From positions 1 to 35,121 of IMG/VR virus record IMGVR_UViG_3300037419_002054: a stretch of DNA of 35,121 nt. One strand, 5' to 3'. This document shows, one piece after another, positions 6,977 through 15,961 of the stretch (position 1 is its first letter; every line of letters begins with the position of its first letter). The notes below the pieces were generated by a model. That model was not told where the DNA came from. It did no database searches and worked only from the letters and a program-made list of their open reading frames with translations. The DNA is from a virus. Its lineage: Duplodnaviria > Heunggongvirae > Uroviricota > Caudoviricetes. The translations under genes were made by a program, and so were the position numbers.

Positions 6977-9373
6977 CTACGCCGCCTTTTTGACTTCCTG
7001 CAAAGTCCCCCAGGACTCACCGACTTCGAAGTCCATCACCAGCGGGGTCAGGAACCAGTCACGGCACCAGCTCGCGACCTGATCCACGGCCTGCTGCTTG
7101 ATCTCCATCACGCGGTCTTCCTTCCCCTTCTCGACCTCCGTCATGATGGAGTCGTGCACCGTCCCGACGATCCGCGCCGGCAGATCCGCCTCCAGCATCA
7201 TCCGCTGGGCGAGGATCAGCGTATAGATCGCCATGTACCCGGCCGGTCCCTGCGCCCGCGAGTTGGTATGCGAGCGCATGTCAGCGTCGCGCGTCGGCTC
7301 GTGCGGGTGGTTCCAGTTGCGGTAGTAGAAGCGGTGCCCGACGGCGCTCACGAAGTTCCCGCGGTTCTCCACCAGCTCCCGGTTGCACGTCTCGTGCCAC
7401 GGCTGCAGGAGCGGGTACGTGGCGAAGAACGCCGCGTGGAAGTCCCTCGCCTGCTTCAGCGAGAACTCGACGCCGTAGGTGTTCTTGGCGTAGTCCATCA
7501 GGGTGAACTCCGTACCGCCGTAGATCAGCGCGAAGTTGATCGCCTTGGCATACGTGCGTTCCTCCTTCGTGGGATACTCCCCGGCGCAGAAGCTTGACGC
7601 GGTCTGCGAGTGGAGGTCGCTCCCTCCCACGTACGCGGCGATACCGACCGGGTCCCGGGCGAGGCTCATCGCGATCCGGAGCTCGATCTGGCTGAAGTCC
7701 CCCTGAACGATCGTGCATCCCGGAGCCGACCCGAACATCGCCCGGATGTTCTTGAGGCGCGGGATGTTCTGGAAGTTCGGCCGTACCGAGCTGAGCCGGC
7801 CGGTATCCGTCCGGGTGTTGTTGTACCCGGGGTGAATCCGGCCGTCCGGGGCGATCAGCGCCTCGTAGGGTCGGATGTAGGTCGACAGCTGCTTCTCCGT
7901 CTTCCGCAGGTCGAGGAGCGGCTGGAGGTAGGTAGCCCCCTGCCGGATGTACTCCTTGATCACCCGCTCGTCGACGGAGGGCTCGCCCTTGCCGCCCTCC
8001 TTCCGCTTGTCGTAGACCGGCTCAAGGCCGTGAATCTCGAACAGGTACTTCTGCAGGCCCTTGCCCGACTCGTGCTGGGTCGGGATGAAGGCGGGGTCGA
8101 TCTCCTTCCACTGCCGGAGGATCTCGCGGCGCTTCGCCTCCAGATCCTCTCCGTTCTGCCGCCACTGGTCGACGCGGAAGAAGATCCCGTCATGCGTGAC
8201 GCGTTGCAGGGCGAGGCTGGAGGGGCCGGCGACCCGGAGGTACAGGTCCAGCGTCTTCTCGTACCCAGGCTTGCGGAGCGTCGCGAGACCGATCTCCAGC
8301 AGGTCCCACGCATACACGACGTCCTCGGCGTTGTACATGCCGAGGAGCCACATATCCCGCTCCTTGTGCGGCTCGTAGACGAGGTAGCGGTAGCCGTCCA
8401 GCTCCTCGCTCACCAGCTCCTTGAGAGACCACTGCTGGTAGCTTTTGATCTGGTAGTAGAGCACGCCCACGTCGTGGATCCACGGCGTACGGACCGTGAA
8501 GCCGAGCTGGCTCTCCAGCCAGACGAGGTCGAATCCGATGTTCATCCCGACGACCTGCTTCGTCGGGTCCTCGAGGAACCCGCGCAGGAGGTTGAGGGCG
8601 GCCTGCCAGTTCGGCGAGTCCTTGTGGACGAAGTACACCGACTTGCCGTCGGCCGTCACGGCGAAGGATTTCAGGATCGGATCTCGCGCCCAGCTCTCGA
8701 GCCGGTTGCACTCGATGTCGAGGCTGACCCTGCGCTGGGCGAGGCACTCCCGCATCTGCATGAGGAAGCCGGCGGAGTCATCCGTCACCACGTTGAACTT
8801 CTGCGGCTCCCCGCGGGCGACCCGGCCGAGGCGCTGCACGTGCTTCTGGAGGATGCGCTTGCGTTTCTCCCCGGCCTCTCCGTCCGCCGTGGCGAACGCC
8901 GGATGCATCATCACGTAGAAGCGTTGCCCCGGGAAGTCCGGATGGTACGAGACGTTCCCCCGCAGCTTGTCGAAATCCGCTCCCGGGAAGAACGACCGCG
9001 CCACCGTCGGTCCGAGGAGGACGACGATGGAGTAGCCTCTCACCTCCTCCAACACGAACTGGGAGAGGCAGGAACCGATTTCCTTCTCGGACGGCTCCTT
9101 GTGCATCCCCGCGCAGTGCACGAGGAAGGTCGAAGACACGTCGACGATCCCCTCAGCAGCCAGGAGGCTACGGAGGAGCTGTCCGGACTCCCCGGCAAGC
9201 GGGTAGCCGGCGGCCTGATCCGCCTTGCTCGGCAGGTCGCCCACCAGGATCATCTGCGTCTGGCGGCGATCGGGCGGAACGAACCCGGCGCGCTTCCGGG
9301 GGCAGGTATGACACCCGCCCTTCGGCTGCAGGACCTTCAGCTGGTTCCCCAGCAAATCTCCGAGTAGGCTCAT
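6977..9373 (-). CDS. polA: family A DNA polymerase with N-terminal UDG-like domain and 3'-5' exonuclease
   Basis: Exo motifs DIECN, NIGFD, YNAED; Pol motifs TDTGRLSS, GDFSQIELR, RTYAKAINFALIYG, VHDSI; ATG at 9373 in ATGA overlap. Confidence 0.93.
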   Translation of the reverse strand: MSLLGDLLGNQLKVLQPKGGCHTCPRKRAGFVPPDRRQTQMILVGDLPSKADQAAGYPLAGESGQLLRSLLAAEGIVDVSSTFLVHCAGMHKEPSEKEIGSCLSQFVLEEVRGYSIVVLLGPTVARSFFPGADFDKLRGNVSYHPDFPGQRFYVMMHPAFATADGEAGEKRKRILQKHVQRLGRVARGEPQKFNVVTDDSAGFLMQMRECLAQRRVSLDIECNRLESWARDPILKSFAVTADGKSVYFVHKDSPNWQAALNLLRGFLEDPTKQVVGMNIGFDLVWLESQLGFTVRTPWIHDVGVLYYQIKSYQQWSLKELVSEELDGYRYLVYEPHKERDMWLLGMYNAEDVVYAWDLLEIGLATLRKPGYEKTLDLYLRVAGPSSLALQRVTHDGIFFRVDQWRQNGEDLEAKRREILRQWKEIDPAFIPTQHESGKGLQKYLFEIHGLEPVYDKRKEGGKGEPSVDERVIKEYIRQGATYLQPLLDLRKTEKQLSTYIRPYEALIAPDGRIHPGYNNTRTDTGRLSSVRPNFQNIPRLKNIRAMFGSAPGCTIVQGDFSQIELRIAMSLARDPVGIAAYVGGSDLHSQTASSFCAGEYPTKEERTYAKAINFALIYGGTEFTLMDYAKNTYGVEFSLKQARDFHAAFFATYPLLQPWHETCNRELVENRGNFVSAVGHRFYYRNWNHPHEPTRDADMRSHTNSRAQGPAGYMAIYTLILAQRMMLEADLPARIVGTVHDSIMTEVEKGKEDRVMEIKQQAVDQVASWCRDWFLTPLVMDFEVGESWGTLQEVKKAA

Positions 9374-10464
9374 ACGCGGTCGAAGATGCTGACGAGGCGG
9401 CCCTTCGGGCGCTCCACCTCTTCGATCCCTCCGAACGCGCGCATCACCCGCCCGTAGTCTTCCGCCGCGGCCATCTTGATCAGCCCCTCGGGATCGGACT
9501 GCGCCCGCTCCCAAATCCGGTCGTATGTCGTCTTCAGCACAATATGGTTATGCGTGAGAATCCAGTGCGAGTATTCCTTCCCGACGTCCGGCAGGTGCTG
9601 GACGAACAGGCGGCAGGACTCGCAGGGGCACTGCCGCATGAAATCCCGGGTGATCGTCTGGCCGGCGCGCGTCACCTCCTTGATGACCTTGGGCGTAGCC
9701 ATCGTGAGCTCCGGGTCCAGCGCGAGCGCCTTCCGCGCGATCGCCGTCCGGGAGGCCCACGCGGAGTCGTACGTCACGAGGTCGAACTCCCCGGCGAGGA
9801 ACGAGAGGCCGAGGGCCAGGGCTACCGCCCGCGGTCCGGTGGTCTGGAGGAAGTGCACCCGCCGGATCTTCCGGTCGAGGCAGAAGCGCACGAGACGCGC
9901 AACCGCCACCGGGTTGTTCGAAGGGTGCGGCTTCACTCCCCAGCCCTCGCCCGGTCCGTTGAACGGGTAGATCTCCGCCACCCGGTCGAACCACTCGTCC
10001 ATCTGCGAGCGGGTCTCCCCCTGCACCACGCCCCACCAGCCGAAGCCCTCCCGGTCTCCCCGCTCGCGCAGGTGGTCCCGGTAGTACGGAAGGGCGCGGC
10101 GGACGTTCAGGAGCGTCCGACCGAGGGAGTTGTCCCAGTGATCCGCGGCGGAGCCGACGAACGTCACGCCCCCATGCCCGCGGTACGGAGGAATGTCAAG
10201 GATCACGCCGACGGTGCAGTTATCGATCTGCCACCGTATCACCCTCTCCGGATCGACCGACGCTCCCGTCGTCGCGACGGAGTACCCGCCGGAGTCACCG
10301 AAGATGTACGGGCTGGTCCGCGGCATCTCCTTGGCGTCTCCCCAAAACGGGTAGGAGAGCAGGACCGGACCCATCATCGGGAACGGGTCGATATCGGCCT
10401 CCTCCTTCGTAGCGAAGAAGCCGATCGGGTGCTGGATTACCGCGTCCAGAAAATGCTGACGCAT
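9370..10464 (-). CDS. TGT-fold guanine transglycosylase, paralogue A (DpdA/archaeal TGT-like)
   Basis: DSGGY, LDIPP, GVVQG, YDS and Zn site CPCESC...H; ATG at 10464 overlaps the stop of paralogue B. Confidence 0.85.
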   Translation of the reverse strand: MRQHFLDAVIQHPIGFFATKEEADIDPFPMMGPVLLSYPFWGDAKEMPRTSPYIFGDSGGYSVATTGASVDPERVIRWQIDNCTVGVILDIPPYRGHGGVTFVGSAADHWDNSLGRTLLNVRRALPYYRDHLRERGDREGFGWWGVVQGETRSQMDEWFDRVAEIYPFNGPGEGWGVKPHPSNNPVAVARLVRFCLDRKIRRVHFLQTTGPRAVALALGLSFLAGEFDLVTYDSAWASRTAIARKALALDPELTMATPKVIKEVTRAGQTITRDFMRQCPCESCRLFVQHLPDVGKEYSHWILTHNHIVLKTTYDRIWERAQSDPEGLIKMAAAEDYGRVMRAFGGIEEVERPKGRLVSIFDRV

Positions 10465-11612
10465 CAGCCTCCCAGCAGGTCGAAGATGGACTGCGTACGG
10501 GCCGCGGTCTTCTGGACGGCCACCCCCTCCAGCTCGCGCATCACCTTCCCGTGGTCGTCCCGGGAGAACTTGGCCACGACGCGCTCCGGGTCCGCCTGCG
10601 CCGCGCTCCAGATGTTGTCGAAGAGGCGGAACAGCATCTCGTGGTTGTGCTGGATGAGGCGGTCCGGGAGCAGCACGTCCCCCAGCTCCGTCTCCCGCTC
10701 CTCGGCGAACCAACGGCACGCCGGGCAGTCGCACTTGGCCGACAGGAAGTATTCCGCGTTGAAGGGACGCGGCCGGTGCCCGACCACCTTCATCCCCTCG
10801 TCCCCCAGCACCCAGCAGTGGCGATTCGCTCCGTACTGCGACGCGGACGCCGAGTCGTACGTCGTCAGCTCGAGGCTGCGGGTGAGCTGCGCGAGGCCGA
10901 GGAGAACGCCGGCCGCACGGGCTCCGGTCGTCTGGAGGAAGTGCGCCCGCTTGATCCCGTGCTCGCGAACGAAGCGGAACAGGCGTGCCAGCACGACGAC
11001 GTTGTTGGTCGGGTGCGGCTTGAACGCCCATCCCTCCCCCTCGTCGGTGAACGGATAGATCTCCGAGACGCGCCCGTGCCACTCGTTCAGCTGGTCCCAG
11101 GTCTCGCCCTGGATGACGCCCCACCAGCGGAACGGGGTCCCCGCCTTCCGCGCTTCGAGGTAGATCGGAAGGGCGCGGCGGACGTTGCTCAGCGTGCGGT
11201 TCAGGGAGTCCTCCCAGTGATCCGCCGCGGAGCCCATCAACACCTTGTTGGCCGCCATCCGGTACGGCGGGACGTCGAGGATCGCGCCGCGCGTACATTG
11301 GTCTACCTGCCAGCGGATGACCGCCTCCGGGCAGAGGGACGCGCCCACGGTGACGAGGGAGAACCCGCCCGAGTCCCCGAAGAACGTCATCTCGGGGTTC
11401 ATGAGCTCGAAGTCCTCCGTCTTCCAGTAGTGGTAGGACCCCAGCGCGACCGGGCGGTACACCTCCGGGAAAGCGGGGTCCATCCAGTGCAGCGGGTACT
11501 TCGGCTTGTGCTTCCGCTGCATCTGGCTGATGCCCGGGATGATGGCGGGGAGGAACTGATGCCTCAGCTCCTCCCCGCGGATGACCCCGGCGCTCGGCTG
11601 GGGATCAGGCAT
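10464..11612 (-). CDS. TGT-fold guanine transglycosylase, paralogue B (DpdA/archaeal TGT-like)
   Basis: DSGGF, LDVPP, GVIQG, YDS and Zn site CDCPAC...H. Confidence 0.85.
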   Translation of the reverse strand: MPDPQPSAGVIRGEELRHQFLPAIIPGISQMQRKHKPKYPLHWMDPAFPEVYRPVALGSYHYWKTEDFELMNPEMTFFGDSGGFSLVTVGASLCPEAVIRWQVDQCTRGAILDVPPYRMAANKVLMGSAADHWEDSLNRTLSNVRRALPIYLEARKAGTPFRWWGVIQGETWDQLNEWHGRVSEIYPFTDEGEGWAFKPHPTNNVVVLARLFRFVREHGIKRAHFLQTTGARAAGVLLGLAQLTRSLELTTYDSASASQYGANRHCWVLGDEGMKVVGHRPRPFNAEYFLSAKCDCPACRWFAEERETELGDVLLPDRLIQHNHEMLFRLFDNIWSAAQADPERVVAKFSRDDHGKVMRELEGVAVQKTAARTQSIFDLLGG

Positions 11613-12330
11613 CCAGCGCCACCGTCTCCCGCTGCAGGGCCTCCTGCCAGAAGGCCGTGTCGGCGTACGGGGTATCGTCCTTCACCCCGGCCTCCTCCAC
11701 CGCCTCCAGCCGCTCCACGCACGTCCCGCAGCGCCCGCAGTGGATCTCCCCGCCCGCGTAGCAGCTCCAGGTCTCGTGGATGGGCACGCCCAGCCGGCCC
11801 GCTTCGCGGGCGATGTCGGCCTTCGTCGCGTGGAGGAAGGGCGCCTCGAGCCGCACGGCACCCTCCAGAGACCACCGCTCCATCGCCGCGAACGCGCCGA
11901 TGAAGTTCGGCCGGCAGTCCGGGTAGATGAAGTGGTCACCGCCGTGCACCGCGGTCGCCACCACGTCCGCGTACTTCGCGGCCGCGACCGAGAACGCCAC
12001 CGAGAGGAAGATGGCGTTGCGGTTCGGGACCACCGTCGCGCGCATGCTCTCCTCGGCGTAGTGCCCCTCGGGGACGGACTCCCCGCTGTTCCCCAGCAGG
12101 GTCGAGGAGCCGGCGATCAGCGCCGGGAGGAACGACAGGTCGACGACGTGGTACTCGGCCCCGAGCGCCTCGGCGGCGCGGCGGGCGAACTCCATCTCCT
12201 TCTTGTGCTTCTGGCCGTAGAAGGCGTTCAGCAGCACCAGCTCGTAGCCCTCGGCCTTCATCTTGTAGGCGAGCGTGACGCTGTCCAGCCCGCCGCTCAC
12301 CAGAACCACCGCCAGCTTGCGGTCCGTCAT
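11605..12330 (-). CDS. queC: 7-cyano-7-deazaguanine synthase
   Basis: SGGLDS, YGQKH, VPNRNAIF, YPDCR, TWSCY, HCGRCGTC; no glutamine amidotransferase fusion. Confidence 0.95.
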   Translation of the reverse strand: MTDRKLAVVLVSGGLDSVTLAYKMKAEGYELVLLNAFYGQKHKKEMEFARRAAEALGAEYHVVDLSFLPALIAGSSTLLGNSGESVPEGHYAEESMRATVVPNRNAIFLSVAFSVAAAKYADVVATAVHGGDHFIYPDCRPNFIGAFAAMERWSLEGAVRLEAPFLHATKADIAREAGRLGVPIHETWSCYAGGEIHCGRCGTCVERLEAVEEAGVKDDTPYADTAFWQEALQRETVALDA

Positions 12331-12935
12331 CGATCCATCTCCTTCGCGAGGCTCATGAACTCGGCGCGGACTTCCGGGTCGTGGAAGACTCCGCGCAGGG
12401 AGGACGTCACCATGTCGCCGGTGTGGTTGACCCCGCGGACGCACATGCAGAAGTGGGAGGCGCGGACCAGCACCCCCACCCCGCCGCGGGGCCTTCCTCC
12501 GTCGGAGGAGTCGCCCTTGATCAGGTCGTACAGGTAGTCCGCCACCTCGTTGGTGAGGTCTTCCTGCACCTGCGGCCGGCGCGCCCGCCAGTCGACGATG
12601 CGCGACAGCTTGCTGAGGCCGAGCACCTGCTTCTTCCCGGGGATGTACGCCACCGCCGCCTTACCCACGAAGGGCAGGAGGTGGTGAGCGCAGAAACTCT
12701 TCACCGGGATATCGCGCAGCAGGATCAGCTGCGACGGTCCCGTGGCCGGGAACGTGGTGATCTTCGGCTCCGGCTGCGTCATGCCGGCGCACAGCTCGTT
12801 GAAGAACGCCTTCGCGGCGCGCCGCGGAGTGTCCTTGAAGTGCTCGTTGTCCAGGTCGGCCCCGATCCCCTCCAGCACCAGCCGAAAGCCGGCCTCCACG
12901 AGTTCGATTCCGCCGGGGGTCTTCTTGTCTTCCAC
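12327..12935 (-). CDS. folE: GTP cyclohydrolase I
   Basis: DTPRR, SFCAHHLLPF, GLSKLSR, RPQVQE, HFCMCVRG. Confidence 0.95.
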   Translation of the reverse strand: MEDKKTPGGIELVEAGFRLVLEGIGADLDNEHFKDTPRRAAKAFFNELCAGMTQPEPKITTFPATGPSQLILLRDIPVKSFCAHHLLPFVGKAAVAYIPGKKQVLGLSKLSRIVDWRARRPQVQEDLTNEVADYLYDLIKGDSSDGGRPRGGVGVLVRASHFCMCVRGVNHTGDMVTSSLRGVFHDPEVRAEFMSLAKEMDR

Positions 12936-12936
12936 G

Positions 12937-13296
12937 TCAGCTCTTGTTGATGGTAGCGCGAGCCCGGCGCCGCGCGCGCCGCCTCTTCTTGTTGACCTGC
13001 CGCCCGCTTCCTCCTCCGTCGCGGTTGAGCAGCTGCAGCCCTCCGGCCGTCAGCTTCTCCACCCACTGCCGCTCACGGTACACCGCGAGGCACTTACGTG
13101 TTTTCTGGAGCAGGACGATCTCCGGCGACAAGCCGGCGTCCTTCAGCTCCTTCACCCACCGGCTGACCGGCTGCGTCCTCCGGTTGGCGTCGAGCAGATG
13201 CTCGCGCAGCCGCACCGCGAGGTCGCGTGCCGTCCTCCCAACGTACCGGAACTCAGCTGTACGCGGGTCTCGCAGTCCGTAGATGCAGGGGTTCAC
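12937..13296 (-). CDS. small GIY-YIG nuclease-like protein
   Basis: IYGLRDPRTAEFRYVG, R...H, E...W and LLN motifs; GTG at 13296 overlaps the queE stop; basic tail. Confidence 0.75.
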   Translation of the reverse strand: MNPCIYGLRDPRTAEFRYVGRTARDLAVRLREHLLDANRRTQPVSRWVKELKDAGLSPEIVLLQKTRKCLAVYRERQWVEKLTAGGLQLLNRDGGGSGRQVNKKRRRARRRARATINKS

Positions 13297-14060
13297 CGCA
13301 CGAGGATCCACTTGTGGGTCTGAAGCGAGAGCCGCCACCGCGGGTCCGCCTGCACGATCTCGAGGCAGCGGTCCACGGCGCCGGGGGCGAACGAGGGGGT
13401 GCCGGTCAGGTTCTCCATCCCGCTGCCGTCGGACGCGAGCGCGGGGCTCACGAAGTGGTTGGCCGCGGGGTAGAACGGCGGGACGGTGTCATCCGCGCCG
13501 GTGATGACGTAGCGGTACTCGGCCGGGGGCAGCGCCACCACCCGCGGGTCGAGCTCCGGGGAGCCGAGCGGGTTGTTGTGCGAGATCCGGTCCTTCGGGG
13601 AGACGACGAGGTGATCCACCTGCTCCAGCCCCTCCCTCCACCGCGTCCCGTTGCTCTCCACGGCCACGGTGAAGTGCCAGTGCTTGAGCGCCTTCACCAG
13701 CTCGTCGAAGGCCGGCGCCATCGTGGGCTCTCCTCCGGTCAGGATGACGATCGGCAGCTGCTCCTGTGGGAGGTAGAACCAGTCGATCATCCTCCCGCCC
13801 AGGCCGTCGTGCGGGTGCTTGATGTGCGCCTCCAGCTGCGTCTTCATCCAGAAGATCAGCTGGTCGATGGTGAGCTTCTCCCGGGCCTTCTGCCACGGGG
13901 TATCGCAGATTGCCCCGTCCGCGAAAACGCAGTTGAGGTTGCACCCAGCGAACCGGATGAAGAACGCCGCGCGCCCGGTGTTCGCTCCCTCCCCCTGCAC
14001 GCTGTAGAAGTATTCGACGAGCGCGAGGCTCCTCTTGCCGTCGTACGCGGTCTCAGTCAC
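13293..14060 (-). CDS. queE: 7-carboxy-7-deazaguanine synthase (radical SAM)
   Basis: EYFYSVQGEG, FIRFAGCNLNC...CDT, LTGGEP, VESNG, VSPK, LSLQTHK. Confidence 0.93.
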   Translation of the reverse strand: MTETAYDGKRSLALVEYFYSVQGEGANTGRAAFFIRFAGCNLNCVFADGAICDTPWQKAREKLTIDQLIFWMKTQLEAHIKHPHDGLGGRMIDWFYLPQEQLPIVILTGGEPTMAPAFDELVKALKHWHFTVAVESNGTRWREGLEQVDHLVVSPKDRISHNNPLGSPELDPRVVALPPAEYRYVITGADDTVPPFYPAANHFVSPALASDGSGMENLTGTPSFAPGAVDRCLEIVQADPRWRLSLQTHKWILVR

Positions 14061-14454
14061 GAATCCCAGCTCCCTTTGCGTTACGGCCGACGAGCGTTAT
14101 CCGCCGGGCCCATTTGTCCCTGTCCTGCCCCGGTTGGCGGGGCTCCAGTATGGCGAAGCGGATGAGGTGTCCGCAGCTGCCGCACCACGTGCTGTAGGCG
14201 CTCATGTCGCCGATCTCACCGACGTACCGTCGATGCCTCCAGCGGTGCATCCGGACTCTCCCGCAAGGCGGACACGCGCACGGCCAGCGGTCCTTCACCT
14301 CCTCCCTCACCACCAACCAGTCGCGCCCCACCAGCTTCACCGGGAAGGTCCGCCGCTCCAGCCATCCGAGCGGGGCCACGAGGGGCTTGACCGCGGGAGG
14401 AGTGGCGGGGGCCACCGGCGCCAGGGCGGGCGCGAACAGGTCTTGGAGTCTCAC
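14053..14454 (-). CDS. hypothetical zinc-ribbon protein
   Basis: CPPC and CGSC pairs; overlaps both neighbouring genes. Confidence 0.6.
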   Translation of the reverse strand: MRLQDLFAPALAPVAPATPPAVKPLVAPLGWLERRTFPVKLVGRDWLVVREEVKDRWPCACPPCGRVRMHRWRHRRYVGEIGDMSAYSTWCGSCGHLIRFAILEPRQPGQDRDKWARRITLVGRNAKGAGIRD

Positions 14455-14822
14455 CGCTCGACCCCGTAGTAGGCACAGGCGTCGTCCAGCTTCTTGGCGA
14501 GCGTGAGGAGGTGTACGGCGGTCTCCGCGTCCTCCCGGCTGAGGTGCTCCCGCTCGATCAGCCGGAGGACGAGTGCGTCCGCCTTGGCCTGCTTGGGAGG
14601 GCCGACGTACTTGAACCGCGGGGCGCGCGTGCCGCCGACGAACGCGCGCCAGATCTCGAAGGTCAGCTCCGGGTCCGTCGTCGTCCTCTGCACCTCGCGG
14701 CAGATTTCCGCGTAGTCCTTCTCGCTGGCGAGGAATCGGTGGAGGATGAAGGGACCTGGGTGTTCGTCGACCTTCCGGCCGGCGTGCAGCTCCTTGATGC
14801 TATCGAAGAGGTCGACTGCCAT
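14451..14822 (-). CDS. putative clamp-loader small subunit (gp62-like)
   Basis: 123-aa helical protein close to the AAA+ clamp-loader gene; N-terminal DLFD and FKY motifs resemble T4 gp62. Confidence 0.5.
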   Translation of the reverse strand: MAVDLFDSIKELHAGRKVDEHPGPFILHRFLASEKDYAEICREVQRTTTDPELTFEIWRAFVGGTRAPRFKYVGPPKQAKADALVLRLIEREHLSREDAETAVHLLTLAKKLDDACAYYGVER

Positions 14823-14991
14823 CGCGTCTCGTCTCGGGGTGATACTTACGGATCAACAGGTCGTCGACCGCCGCCGGGAGATCCGGACCGCGGCCCTCGA
14901 ACCCAGGGACCTGAACGACCGTCTGGCTGGCTTGGAAGAAGATGGTGGCGCGCCTGCTACGACACCATTCGAACGCCGAGGCCAGTTCCAT
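14800..14991 (-). CDS. small hypothetical protein (63 aa)
   Basis: AGGAG RBS 8 nt before ATG at 14991; fills an otherwise empty gap. Confidence 0.5.
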   Translation of the reverse strand: MELASAFEWCRSRRATIFFQASQTVVQVPGFEGRGPDLPAAVDDLLIRKYHPETRRDGSRPLR

Positions 14992-15005
14992 CGGGGGCAC
15001 TCCTG

Positions 15006-15045
15006 TAGAAAGCAGCGGGGGCGCCGCACTTCGGCACCCCCGCTG
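15006..15045 (-). terminator. possible intrinsic terminator after the clamp-loader gene
   Basis: CAGCGGGGGTGCCG-AAGTG-CGGCGCCCCCGCTG (14 bp, G-U only on minus strand), short tail CTTTCTA. Confidence 0.55.
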
Positions 15046-15076
15046 TAGGTCGCTACTCCGCTGTGACGCTGTTCGC

Positions 15077-15961
15077 CTACACCGTCATCAGCTCGGCGCA
15101 CGTCCCCAGGAAGTGCACGACCGCGTCCGGCACCCGGTTGCAGTCGTCCACCGCCTTCCCGATGATCATCCGGAACTGCGCCGCGCTGCCGTGCGAGTCC
15201 GGGACGGCGAAGAAGAGGGAGCGGAGCGCCTGCAGCGCGTCGAACGACGCGGTACTCGCGAGCTTCACCAGCTCCTGCCAGCGCTTCGTGCCGACGTACT
15301 CCAGGATCGTCGTCCCCGTCACCTCGGCCGAGATCGCCGCCTGCAGCGTGCCCGTGCTGAGGATGGACTGCTGAGCCGCCGTCAGCATCTTCCGCAGGTC
15401 CGTGTACGCCTGCGCGTACGTGGCGATGACCGAGCGCTCGGCGGTGATCCCCTCCGTCTCCAGCACCCGGACCAGAACCGCGAACCGTTCCTTCAGCGGC
15501 GTCACCGAGAGGGTGATCCGCTGGCAGCGGCTCTGGATCGGGTCGATGATCTTGTTGAAGTGGTTGCAGGTCAGGATGAACCGGCACCGCCCCGCGTAGC
15601 TCTCCATCAGGTTGCGCAGGGCGAACTGCGCATCCGGGGTGAGCGCGTCCGCCTCGTCGAGGAAGACGATGTTCCACTTCGTGACCATCAGGGAACGGGC
15701 GAAGCTGCCGACCTTCTCCCGGATCGCGTCGATCCCGCGCTCGCTGGACGCGTTCAGCGTGAGGACGGTGCAGTCCAGCTTGCTGGTGATGATCTTCGCC
15801 GTCGTCGTCTTCCCGGTCCCCGCCGGCCCCTCCAGCACGAGGTGGGGGATCTCCCCCTGGGCGAGGTAGGTCTCCAGCAGCCGCCGGTTCTGCTCGTCCA
15901 GCGCCATCTCGGCGAGCTCCTTGGGGCGGTACTGCTCCGTCCACAGCACGTTGTTCAGCAT
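15077..15961 (-). CDS. clamp-loader AAA+ subunit (gp44/RFC-like)
   Basis: [47 protein letters not shown]. Confidence 0.92.
   Translation of the reverse strand: MLNNVLWTEQYRPKELAEMALDEQNRRLLETYLAQGEIPHLVLEGPAGTGKTTTAKIITSKLDCTVLTLNASSERGIDAIREKVGSFARSLMVTKWNIVFLDEADALTPDAQFALRNLMESYAGRCRFILTCNHFNKIIDPIQSRCQRITLSVTPLKERFAVLVRVLETEGITAERSVIATYAQAYTDLRKMLTAAQQSILSTGTLQAAISAEVTGTTILEYVGTKRWQELVKLASTASFDALQALRSLFFAVPDSHGSAAQFRMIIGKAVDDCNRVPDAVVHFLGTCAELMTV

Noticed and set aside
9370..11612. Tandem TGTs as a recent duplication or assembly artefact
   Set aside because: Extensive amino-acid and synonymous divergence; only short exact DNA matches remain
7610..11903. Long plus-strand ORFs (7610-9367, 9544-11058, 10551-11903) and similar antisense or alternate-frame ORFs across the window
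   Set aside because: Shadows of real minus-strand genes; GC-rich coding DNA has few stops in the antisense frame and the translations show no motifs
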